Shown here piece by piece: positions 1 to 8,142 of a stretch of DNA of 64,000 nucleotides (the stretch's first letter is position 1; every line of letters starts with the position of its first letter). Source of the stretch: an uncultured Pseudomonadota bacterium (GTDB lineage Bacteria > Babelota > Babeliae > Babelales > Vermiphilaceae); assembly GCA_964350195.1 (NCBI GenBank), contig CAYGJB010000002.1:15675-79674 (forward strand), read 5' to 3'. The position numbers were made by a program, and so were the translations under genes. The notes under the pieces were generated by a model. It saw nothing but the letters and a program-made list of their open reading frames with translations. It was not told the DNA's origin and searched no databases.

Positions 1-245
1 GAAATTCAAAAATATTAGCGATAAAGTTGGCGAACCATGCAAACATTATAAAAATGTCGACATTTTGCAATCACAAAACACTGGACGCATTTGGCCGAAA
101 CAACGCAGAAAGCTGCTACATAAAATAGTATCAGAACTGGAAAGAAGCATTAAATCGTTTCCATCTATAAATAAAAAACGTAAAGCGATTAATAACTTAG
201 AAAAAAGAATTTCATATTTAGAGTAGTAAAAATGATGAGGATAGT

Positions 246-494
246 ATGAAGAAGTTACTTTTTCTTTTCTCACTTATAACCATAATTGGTCTTTGGGCAA
301 CTCCTTTAAACAAGCAAGTAAAGCGCATTAGAAAAGATCTTGCTGTGCACAGTAAAAGCGAAGAGGATTCTTGGAATAAAATTCGCAAACTTGAGCATCG
401 TATTACCAAAATAGAAAAGCATTGTGCCGAGGGACAAAGCAAATGTTCACATTCTGCTGATAATGACGAAAACGAAGAAGACGAAGACGAATAA
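246..494 (+). CDS. hypothetical small secreted protein (82 aa) with acidic C-terminal tail
   Basis: N-terminal hydrophobic signal-like segment (MKKLLFLFSLITIIGLWA) and a DNDENEEDEDE tail. No recognisable family. Confidence 0.45.
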   Translation: MKKLLFLFSLITIIGLWATPLNKQVKRIRKDLAVHSKSEEDSWNKIRKLEHRITKIEKHCAEGQSKCSHSADNDENEEDEDE

Positions 495-1202
495 CTATTC
501 GCCTTTCAATAGGCTCGCCTGCTCTTTCCGAATGAAATCAGGAAAATCCGTCACTATAGCGTATACACTTAGCTCTAGAGCCTTTGAAAGCATATTTCGA
601 TCGTTAACAGTGTAAACGATTATTTTTTTTCCTGACTCTTTTAAAGTGGTACAAAATGATACGCTCAAATGCTGCACATCCACTATTGCATAATCAACAT
701 TTAGATTGATGAGATACTTCCCATAATCAATCAAAGCGGCAGATGTGATAACCCCTGTTGGTATTTTAAAATACCTTTTCATGAAATAGCGAAGACCAAA
801 ATGATCGAAACTAGATACCAAAAAATCGCTCTCCTGCCATCCCTTTTCTACAATATACTCTTGTATCAATTTCCCCACTCCTTCAAAAGCTTCTCCATCT
901 TTTACTTCAATATTGAGCATCACTCTGCGATCAACACTATCCATGACTTGGCGAAGGGTTGGAATCTTTTCTTCGATCGGCAATGATAGCTGCTCTATTT
1001 CATGTAAAGATAAGCTTTTGATAGATCGCACATCTCCAATTAATCGTTCAAAAGTTGCATCATGGAAAACTACAATTTCCCCGCTTGCACATTTCCACAC
1101 GTCAAATTCAATCATCTGAGCGCCCTGCTCAATAGCTTTTTTAAAAGCTGTAATTGTATTCTCTACCACTCCCACATTCGTCCCACGATGACCAATAATC
1201 AT
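495..1202 (-). CDS. glycerophosphodiester phosphodiesterase (GDPD family)
   Basis: IIGHRG...ENT..AF..A...GA..IEFDV...DG..VVFHD motifs are typical of GlpQ/UgpQ. The track ORF starts at a GTG (1214). The ATG at 1202, preceded by AGGGG, is the likelier start. Confidence 0.85.
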   Translation of the reverse strand: MIIGHRGTNVGVVENTITAFKKAIEQGAQMIEFDVWKCASGEIVVFHDATFERLIGDVRSIKSLSLHEIEQLSLPIEEKIPTLRQVMDSVDRRVMLNIEVKDGEAFEGVGKLIQEYIVEKGWQESDFLVSSFDHFGLRYFMKRYFKIPTGVITSAALIDYGKYLINLNVDYAIVDVQHLSVSFCTTLKESGKKIIVYTVNDRNMLSKALELSVYAIVTDFPDFIRKEQASLLKGE

Positions 1203-1356
1203 ACACCCCTGCACATTAACTCCTAAGCACAGTAGAATTTCAAGAAATAGCCTATATGAACTCTAAACTCATCATTATTTAAGAGTAAGATCTTTTTCTA
1301 CTTTCAGGTACCAACATTTTATAAATCAAGAAAAAAGCAAAACAGCCAATAAACAG

Positions 1357-1695
1357 CTAGAATTCAGCCATCTGTTTGCCAGCAAGAAAATGAATATGAG
1401 CATGAAATACCGATTGGCCAACTTCTTTACCGGTATTTGCAATCAAGCGAAATGCTTGTGAACCGGAAAGATCTTTTGAAAGTTCACGAGCCATTAAAAG
1501 CAAGCTCCCGGCAAGCACGACATCCGCATTCTCGAGCGAAGCAATATCTTTGATATGCTTTTTAGGAATAATCAAATAATGAGTGGGTGCTTTTGGAGCG
1601 ATGTCTTTAATTACAAACACATCTTCCGATTCTTTAATGATTTGAGCCGGAATCTCATTTTTTTGTATTTTGCAAAAAATACAATTACTTTGCAT
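1357..1695 (-). CDS. HIT-family (histidine triad) nucleotide hydrolase
   Basis: CIFCKI...IAPKAPTHYLIIPKKH...HAHIHFLAG contains the HxHxHxx triad. The start is set at Met32 of the track ORF (ATG at 1695), because the upstream extension runs through a tRNA gene. Confidence 0.88.
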   Translation of the reverse strand: MQSNCIFCKIQKNEIPAQIIKESEDVFVIKDIAPKAPTHYLIIPKKHIKDIASLENADVVLAGSLLLMARELSKDLSGSQAFRLIANTGKEVGQSVFHAHIHFLAGKQMAEF

Positions 1696-1747
1696 GGATT
1701 TCCTTCTTTTCGTGCCATACGAAGCCCCGACATAGAGCAAAGTATTA

Positions 1748-1843
<96 letters not shown>

Positions 1844-1883
1844 TCACTGAGTGTCTAAAGTTTATCCAATATCAGTGATATCG

Positions 1884-4577
1884 TCAAAGTAAATCGCCTT
1901 TTTCAAGCTGCTCAATTCTGATCTTCACCTCTTCTAAGTCAGCCGTTAGTTGGGCTATTCTAATATATATCCGCTGCTTTAGTCCCGTAATTTCTCTTCT
2001 ACTTTTCAGCGGAACCTTGCCTTCTTCAAGCAGCTCTTCTAGTTCATCATATTTTTTTGAAAAGCTAGAAATAGACTCTTCTAGATTAGATTTATGCTTT
2101 ATAGCCACGGTGTAATCAATAAAATTATCCACTTTCTTTTGGCCTTCAGAATCTTTACTAAACCACCATTCAGGTATGCCCGGTTCTACCTTAAAGGACG
2201 GTAAAAACACATTGCCCTGTTCCTTAATACACACCTTGAAATTTACAAACCCTTTGTCTTCAAAATGAGTAGGCTCTTCATTATGCGTTGCCATAACACC
2301 AGACATTTGTGAAATAACACCAATGCGATCACAATAGGCTCGCAACTTTCTTGATGCTGCGCCAGCCGTTGTACCAGAAAGAGGCTCATCGGTAAGAAAC
2401 ATTCCCTTTTTAGTCTTATCTTTTTCCGTTACATGGAGAAGCTCATTTACCACATTATCCATACGTACTTTTTGTGCCTGCATTTTTGAAAGATCATCAG
2501 CAACGCTTTCTGCCGGATCAATACTGGTTCTCAACCTTTCCAACCAATGCATGCTCAAGCTTTCCGCACAAGCAATACCAAAAGCATGTGCCAAAATAAC
2601 ATTAGAACCCAGCATCTTAATAAATATTGATTTTCCCGCGCCATTAGGACCCGTTAAAATCGCTTTATTGCTAGGATTTTCAAATCCTAACCGCATACTA
2701 TTAGGCTCTGCATTAGGCATTATAAGCAATGTGCCATTTTTTATATCAACACGTGCTCTTTCTTCTTTATCAGGGAGCCAATCTACAAAGCACAATCGCG
2801 AAGGCTTATCTTTATTCTGTCTTATGAGCTTGGCAATTGAGAAAAGTGCATCAAGATAACCAATGCCGTGTAATGCTGGCTGGAGTTCAGCTGCGCACTT
2901 CAACATATTTTCATGAAGCAACAATGCGTGTCCACCTGTTATTTTTTTATTATTGAGAGCGGATGAGTGAACTGTTTTTATCACCTTGCCAAGCTCCTGC
3001 GTTGGCATATCATGCAAAGATTGCTTAAGCAATGCACAAGAGATACCGTTTTTCAGTTGCTCATCTTTAATGAGTACATCATTAATAGAATAAATAGAGC
3101 GCAAGCATGCAGCAAGCTCAGTTACAAAGTTCTGAAATTTTTCCTTATCGTAGAGAAGCACAGCAGGTTTAACAACCGATTGCTTAAGAGCTTGTACTAC
3201 ATAACTCGTTCTTTCAGACAAGAAATAGAAAGCAGGAAGCAACCAATAAATATCTTTCATCCCCATAGAAGACCCTAAAGCAATATTTCCTGCCAGCTGC
3301 TGAATTGAATTTGGCACAATTTTTTTTACTCCACCCATAAGCCCAGATGCTCCTTTTTTCACAAAATTTGGAGTTATTGATCTTACAACTTTAGAAATGT
3401 TCTCTACGATCGATGATCCTACATGCTCAAGATCACTCCTTTGTGGGTGTAATTCTCGCCTCGTTTTAGCAATTACATCTGCAAAAGACCCTTTCTCTAT
3501 AATATCACCCAACTCTTTCTCCATACTATAAGCAATAGATTCTTTTACCCCTGGATCTTCTTGCCCTGACCACTCATCATGTTTCTCTTGCAACTTTTGC
3601 AAACAGTTTGTTGTCTTCCAAAAAAGAAGTGTCACGGCCAAAGCCGCCCACAACTCTTTAGGTGCATTTTTGATCGGACTTTGTATGCTCCCCTCCAACA
3701 TAATTTTTCGAATAACAGTTGAAAGACTCTTAGCAATACAAATTTTATACAGCCAGTGAAATGATGAAGAACCAATACGCAACCATGTGCCTACATTCTT
3801 TAGATGAGGATTTTCCGTATCAAGCAATACCTTGCTCGGCTTTGTGATTAAATAGTGAGCCGGATTAGGAAGATCATCCACAATCGGAATACCTGTCTGC
3901 AACTGCTTACTATAATTAAAACTTGCTTTCAAACTTAGCTCTTTTATTTTTGCAAAAAGATGGTCACTTTGATGCATTTTAGGATCCCAATAGCTCAGCA
4001 ATGATCCTTCGTAATGAGCAAACTGCTTAAGCTGTTTCTCTATTTCTTCATACGTCACATCATCCTCCACAAGCCTTTTGAGATTGCTTTGCGTCTCAAG
4101 CATCTGCTCTTTATCAAAGGTAGTTATCATATTCTGCAAAGCTTTTGCGCCAAAAGATGTTTGAGCATGGCTAGCTAAATAAAGCGCTACCGGATTGAGT
4201 AGCAGCTCATCAGCCTCAACTTGAGTAATAAAATCTGTTTTTGTAATTCTTTCGATAGGACCTTGGCCATAAGCGATGCTTGCAAGCTTCTCGTTCTCTG
4301 TTTTCGCATATTCTGTTTTACCAAGAAAATCCAGTACATTCCGAGCATATCGCCCAACATTTCTTTGCACATTCTGCCAGCTCGTTCGCTTAACAGATTG
4401 CGTTTTTTCTCTGTGGATAAACTCAGGAACCTCAAGCTCTCTTGCATCCATTACTAGTTTAGCCAAAGCTTGCTGCGATGGCATACATAAGCAAGCAATT
4501 AATAAAAGAGACTTCCCAAAAGATTGAATACCTCTTTTTCGATTTGAAAGCATAACCACCCCCCACATTTTATCCAA
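1884..4577 (-). CDS. MutS-family ATPase paralogue (domain V only) with N-terminal signal peptide or membrane anchor
   Basis: C-terminal third carries Walker A GPNGAGKS, Walker B FLTDEPLSGT and MATHNEE (MutS ATH motif). The N-terminus has a hydrophobic leader ending LACLCMPSQQALA. The roughly 600-aa middle region is unrecognised, and the C-terminus is a coiled-coil tail. Confidence 0.7.
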   Translation of the reverse strand: MDKMWGVVMLSNRKRGIQSFGKSLLLIACLCMPSQQALAKLVMDARELEVPEFIHREKTQSVKRTSWQNVQRNVGRYARNVLDFLGKTEYAKTENEKLASIAYGQGPIERITKTDFITQVEADELLLNPVALYLASHAQTSFGAKALQNMITTFDKEQMLETQSNLKRLVEDDVTYEEIEKQLKQFAHYEGSLLSYWDPKMHQSDHLFAKIKELSLKASFNYSKQLQTGIPIVDDLPNPAHYLITKPSKVLLDTENPHLKNVGTWLRIGSSSFHWLYKICIAKSLSTVIRKIMLEGSIQSPIKNAPKELWAALAVTLLFWKTTNCLQKLQEKHDEWSGQEDPGVKESIAYSMEKELGDIIEKGSFADVIAKTRRELHPQRSDLEHVGSSIVENISKVVRSITPNFVKKGASGLMGGVKKIVPNSIQQLAGNIALGSSMGMKDIYWLLPAFYFLSERTSYVVQALKQSVVKPAVLLYDKEKFQNFVTELAACLRSIYSINDVLIKDEQLKNGISCALLKQSLHDMPTQELGKVIKTVHSSALNNKKITGGHALLLHENMLKCAAELQPALHGIGYLDALFSIAKLIRQNKDKPSRLCFVDWLPDKEERARVDIKNGTLLIMPNAEPNSMRLGFENPSNKAILTGPNGAGKSIFIKMLGSNVILAHAFGIACAESLSMHWLERLRTSIDPAESVADDLSKMQAQKVRMDNVVNELLHVTEKDKTKKGMFLTDEPLSGTTAGAASRKLRAYCDRIGVISQMSGVMATHNEEPTHFEDKGFVNFKVCIKEQGNVFLPSFKVEPGIPEWWFSKDSEGQKKVDNFIDYTVAIKHKSNLEESISSFSKKYDELEELLEEGKVPLKSRREITGLKQRIYIRIAQLTADLEEVKIRIEQLEKGDLL

Positions 4578-4653
4578 AGAAATTTAACCTATAATAGCCC
4601 TATTATACCGTATTTAACAATGTTTTTCTAGCCCGCCCCTCAGAAGGAAAGGA

Positions 4654-5847
4654 TTAAAACGCTCGAGACATATTCAATATAGGGCCATAAACCGCAAAAA
4701 TAAGAAGAGCAACCAATAATCCCAATATGATCATTACAAACGGCTGCAGAAGCATTGTAATCCATGATAAGCGCTGCATTACGCGCATATGATAGGTCTG
4801 GGCAATTCGATACAAAAGCACTGGCAACCGCCCTGATTCTTGCCCCACCTCCACCATTGCAATGATGTCTGGACCAAAAAGATCATTCCCATAACGCGCC
4901 ATTGCATCACCCAGAGAGCTCCCTGATTGAATATCACCCTCAAGCACTGAAAGCGAATTTTTAAAAATATGATTTTGAACGGAATCTCGTATGATGATAA
5001 GCGTTTGCGATAAGGTAAGCCCCCCATTTAACAGCACCCCCATAGCTCGCATAGCATATGAAAGAAAACGCTGCTGCAGAATCGGCCCTATAAAGGGAGT
5101 ATGAATAAGTAGCCAATCAAGCCCCTTTCTGCCCGATCCACGCCGAGTCACCCGCCATAGAATGAGAATAGCCAAAGCAGAAACTGATAAAAAAAGCCCC
5201 ATTGATGGACTACGCATAAACGCACTTATTGCCAAAAGTGATTGCGTTAAAGGAGGCACTTCTGATTGCATCGAGCTGAATATATCGATAAATCGAGGCA
5301 TTATAACAGTGAATATAATCACCGCGATAATAAGAAAGAAAAAAAGCGTTATTGCAGGCAGCAATAACGCAGAACGAAGCCTTCTATAAAAATCTTGTGT
5401 TGAAGCTAAGTGAGTACAAATAGCATCTAGCGATTGAGACAGTTTTCCCGATTCTTCTCCTACCTGAACTAGCTGAATAATGATAGGATTAGCAACTGCC
5501 CCAACTTGCCACAGCGCTTCACTCAACGAAACCCCCGCATGTACCATTTGAGCCACTTCATGCATCTTTTCTTGAAGCACAGAATGCTCAATCTGATTGG
5601 CCACAATTGATAGAGCCCCCGGCACCAATACTCCTGCATCAATTAGTGTTGCCAGTTGCTGAAAAAGAGCTACCCGATCGGATAAACGAATTGGCCACTT
5701 AAAGAAAGAACGCACGTGCTTATGAGATAAAAGAGCGATTTGGCGCTTTAAAAGAAGATCATCTAAATGCTCCGGAGATCTTGCAAAAAGAAAGCCCTTT
5801 TTTGAGGCTCCCACCACATCAACACCACGCCATTTATAATACGGCAT
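4654..5847 (-). CDS. pilC: type IV pilus / type II secretion platform protein (PilC/GspF family)
   Basis: 397 aa with two GspF-type repeats (LATLIDAGV.., LLNGGLTLSQTL..) and three or more TM segments, which is the typical PilC layout. Confidence 0.85.
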   Translation of the reverse strand: MPYYKWRGVDVVGASKKGFLFARSPEHLDDLLLKRQIALLSHKHVRSFFKWPIRLSDRVALFQQLATLIDAGVLVPGALSIVANQIEHSVLQEKMHEVAQMVHAGVSLSEALWQVGAVANPIIIQLVQVGEESGKLSQSLDAICTHLASTQDFYRRLRSALLLPAITLFFFLIIAVIIFTVIMPRFIDIFSSMQSEVPPLTQSLLAISAFMRSPSMGLFLSVSALAILILWRVTRRGSGRKGLDWLLIHTPFIGPILQQRFLSYAMRAMGVLLNGGLTLSQTLIIIRDSVQNHIFKNSLSVLEGDIQSGSSLGDAMARYGNDLFGPDIIAMVEVGQESGRLPVLLYRIAQTYHMRVMQRLSWITMLLQPFVMIILGLLVALLIFAVYGPILNMSRAF

Positions 5848-5864
5848 TTTTTTCTTCTTTCTTT

Positions 5865-6149
5865 TTAAAACAGCTCCATCTGCTTTTCAATTCCCAGCCT
5901 TGAGCATATCTCTTCAAAACTTATTTCATAATCAATTTGAATTCTTTTAAGCTTGCTCGTGGCTCCCGATACCAGCCGCACCTGAGCTCCCTTTAAGCCC
6001 AGCTTCTTTGCCAAATATCGTACTAATTCATCGTTGGCCTTACCTTTTTCGGGAGCAGCTTTCAAATAGCATTTCAAACGAGAACCCTCTAACTTGCACC
6101 CTATTCGGCCCGACGAAGGTACCACTTTAATTTCCACGATAATCGGCAT
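5865..6149 (-). CDS. YggU/DUF167 family protein
   Basis: 94 aa. The VKVVPSS...L.AAPEKGKAN.EL..YLAK.L......V.L.SG.TS..K pattern is characteristic of UPF0235/YggU. Confidence 0.8.
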   Translation of the reverse strand: MPIIVEIKVVPSSGRIGCKLEGSRLKCYLKAAPEKGKANDELVRYLAKKLGLKGAQVRLVSGATSKLKRIQIDYEISFEEICSRLGIEKQMELF

Positions 6150-6299
6150 GAGAGCTCCACAATAATTAATCAGCGTAATGAAGATATCTTAAATGATGAT
6201 TGAAATTATGCAATATCGAAGGACACAAGGCTCATTTTTCCCTTGCCTAATCAATCAAATATCATTATTCTGTTGGTACTCAATAAATTCTTTGATTTC

Positions 6300-6390
6300 G
6301 GAGAGATGGCTGAGTGGCTTAAAGCGCTTGCCTGCTAAGCAAGAGTCTGGGAAACCGGACACGAGGGTTCGAATCCCTCTCTCTCCACCA
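6300..6390 (+). tRNA. tRNA-Ser(GCT), CCA encoded
   Basis: Acceptor GGAGAGA pairs with TCTCTCC. The anticodon stem-loop is CTTGC-CTGCTAA-GCAAG, with a long variable arm and T-arm GAGGGTTCGAATCCCTC. Confidence 0.92.
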
Positions 6391-6486
6391 GCTTTCGCTT
6401 AGTTATAAAAAGAAAAAATCTATTTTACATGAGCTTCAGCTGGCAGAAATAGAATAAAATAATTTTGAAATTTTTGATGTGAAAAT

Positions 6487-6563
6487 GCGCCCATAGCTCA
6501 ATTGGATAGAGCGTTAGACTACGGATCTGAAGGTTGGGGGTTCGACTCCTCCTGGGCGCACCA
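6487..6563 (+). tRNA. tRNA-Arg(ACG), CCA encoded
   Basis: The sequence folds as GCGCCCA..GCTCAATTGGATAGAGC..TTAGA-CTACGGA-TCTGA..GGGGGTTCGACTCCTCC-TGGGCGC-ACCA, a canonical 77-nt cloverleaf. Confidence 0.92.
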
Positions 6564-6636
6564 ATCTATTTCGATTGGCGGACAATTTACTTTAGGTCGC
6601 GTTATTTTCACTGATTTTAAAAGCAATAACGATCAC

Positions 6637-6726
6637 GGAGAGGTGGCAGAGTGGTCGAATGCGGCGGTCTTGAAAACCGTTATTCCGGAAACGGAATCGA
6701 GGGTTCGAATCCCTCCCTCTCCTCCA
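6637..6726 (+). tRNA. tRNA-Ser(TGA), CCA encoded
   Basis: Acceptor GGAGAGG pairs with CCTCTCC. The anticodon stem-loop is GCGGT-CTTGAAA-ACCGT, with a long variable arm and T-arm GAGGGTTCGAATCCCTC. Confidence 0.9.
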
Positions 6727-6760
6727 AGTTTCCTAGCCCAAAGGGGCAACAAAACAAAAA

Positions 6761-6788
6761 AAACCTACGTATAATCGTAGGTTTTTTT
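6761..6788. terminator. bidirectional rho-independent terminator between the tRNA cluster and the GNAT gene
   Basis: AAACCTACG-tataat-CGTAGGTTT hairpin flanked by an A-run upstream and a T-run downstream. It lies between convergent transcription units. Confidence 0.75.
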
Positions 6789-6821
6789 GATCTAATTTGA
6801 TTTAAAAAATTTAATTAGCGT

Positions 6822-7349
6822 TTATTCTTTGGTTTTCCACTGCTCTTTTGTTAAGCGATACAAAACGTGCTCTAGCGCTTTGTAGATACATTTTTTCTCA
6901 AATACAAAACCTACTTTTTCCATAACACGAATAGAAGCTTTGTTTTCTGGTAATGAAAAACATACAATCTCATTAAAACCAAGCTCTTGAAAACCAATAC
7001 GAACTATCTCTTTGCCTATTTCGGTTGCAATCCCCTTACCCCAATATTCAGGTAAAAAAGCATACCCAAGCTCAACTTCATCTTTGCCATCAATATGAGT
7101 ATTTAAAAGCCCACCACGCCCCATAAAATGATTCGCTTCATCTTCAAAAATCCAATACCCAAATCCTTGCTCATCCTGGTGATTAAGATTTTTTTCCATA
7201 AAGGTTAAAACCGTTGCACGGTCCTGCAACCCCCCAAGAGTCTTCATGATTTCTTGGTTTTGGCCCATGGAAGCAAGATCTTCAAGATCTCCTGGCGTCA
7301 TATGCCGAGATTTTACACGGGAAGTCTCGAAAGACTTAATTTGTCTCAT
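6822..7349 (-). CDS. GNAT-family N-acetyltransferase (RimJ/RimL-like)
   Basis: EYWGKGIATEIGKEIVRIGF matches the acetyl-CoA binding R/Q-x-x-G-x-G/A motif region. The start is set at ATG 7349, preceded by GGAGG. The longer track ORF (to 7481) lacks an RBS. Confidence 0.8.
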   Translation of the reverse strand: MRQIKSFETSRVKSRHMTPGDLEDLASMGQNQEIMKTLGGLQDRATVLTFMEKNLNHQDEQGFGYWIFEDEANHFMGRGGLLNTHIDGKDEVELGYAFLPEYWGKGIATEIGKEIVRIGFQELGFNEIVCFSLPENKASIRVMEKVGFVFEKKCIYKALEHVLYRLTKEQWKTKE

Positions 7350-7753
7350 AAATAGCCTCCAGAATATGGTATAATACCTACAAATCAGTATAGCAGAGGA
7401 TTTATGAACAAAAAAGTCATCCTTGAGAAACCGTATCTGATTTAAGCAATTATAATCCCTTGATAACCCATGTCCCCTCAAGACTACGCTACAAGCTGTC
7501 TCAAAAAGGTCACTCCTAAGTTACTATATGAAACATTATGCTGCTTAAATGGATCTACCGATATATACCTATTGTATATTTTCCAATAAGCCACTCACTA
7601 TGCTTCTACCTAAAATAGCGATCCAAAGCTTCTAAAATGATCTGATTGAAAGCATAAATAAGGCTCTTTAGCGAATTTGGGATTGCTTTTTGACTGATAT
7701 CATGAGATACTCGTATTAGAGTATTTTTTAACTATTTTACACAGAGTGTCTCT

Positions 7754-8053
7754 ATGAAGATATATGTTGGCAACTTGCCATATTCAATTACTGAAGAATC
7801 TCTAGGATCCCTATTCGAACAATTCGGATCAGTTGATACAACAAAAGTAATTGTTGACCAGGTAAGTGGCAGATCTAAAGGTTTTGCGTTTGTTGATATG
7901 CCTGATGATGCAGAAGCAGAAACAGCAATCGAAAAACTAAATGGCCATGAACTAGATGGTCGTACGATTGTGGTTAACAAGGCTAAGCCTCGTGCACCAA
8001 GAGATTCAAAACCTCGCGGTAACTTCCAATCACGTGGACCACGTCGTTTTTAA
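7754..8053 (+). CDS. RRM-type RNA-binding protein
   Basis: RNP-2 IYVGNL and RNP-1 KGFAFVDM are present, followed by an R/G/P-rich tail. 99 aa. Confidence 0.88.
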   Translation: MKIYVGNLPYSITEESLGSLFEQFGSVDTTKVIVDQVSGRSKGFAFVDMPDDAEAETAIEKLNGHELDGRTIVVNKAKPRAPRDSKPRGNFQSRGPRRF

Positions 8054-8076
8054 GATTTAATTCTTGAAAATTGAGA

Positions 8077-8102
8077 CCCCGGACTTTTGTCCGGGGTTTT
8101 TC
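8077..8102 (+). terminator. rho-independent terminator of the RRM gene
   Basis: CCCCGGAC-tttt-GTCCGGGG followed by TTTTT, 24 nt after the stop codon. Confidence 0.85.
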
Positions 8103-8142
8103 TTTGTCTAAAAAAAGAGAGCTTATGCCCCCCTTAATAGTG

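Noticed and set aside
6193-6774. ORFs 6193..6402 and 6502..6774 (plus strand), and 1555..1878 together with the N-terminal 31 codons of 1357..1788.
   Set aside because: They are translated through tRNA genes (Ser, Arg, Ser, Leu). The tRNA cloverleaves explain the sequence.
7349-7481. A 44-codon N-terminal extension of the GNAT ORF. The upstream starts of the ORFs at 495..1214, 19917.. and 36785..37165 are similar cases.
   Set aside because: The extensions begin at non-ATG codons or lack an RBS. Internal ATGs with GGAGG/AAGGA-type RBS give proteins of canonical length.
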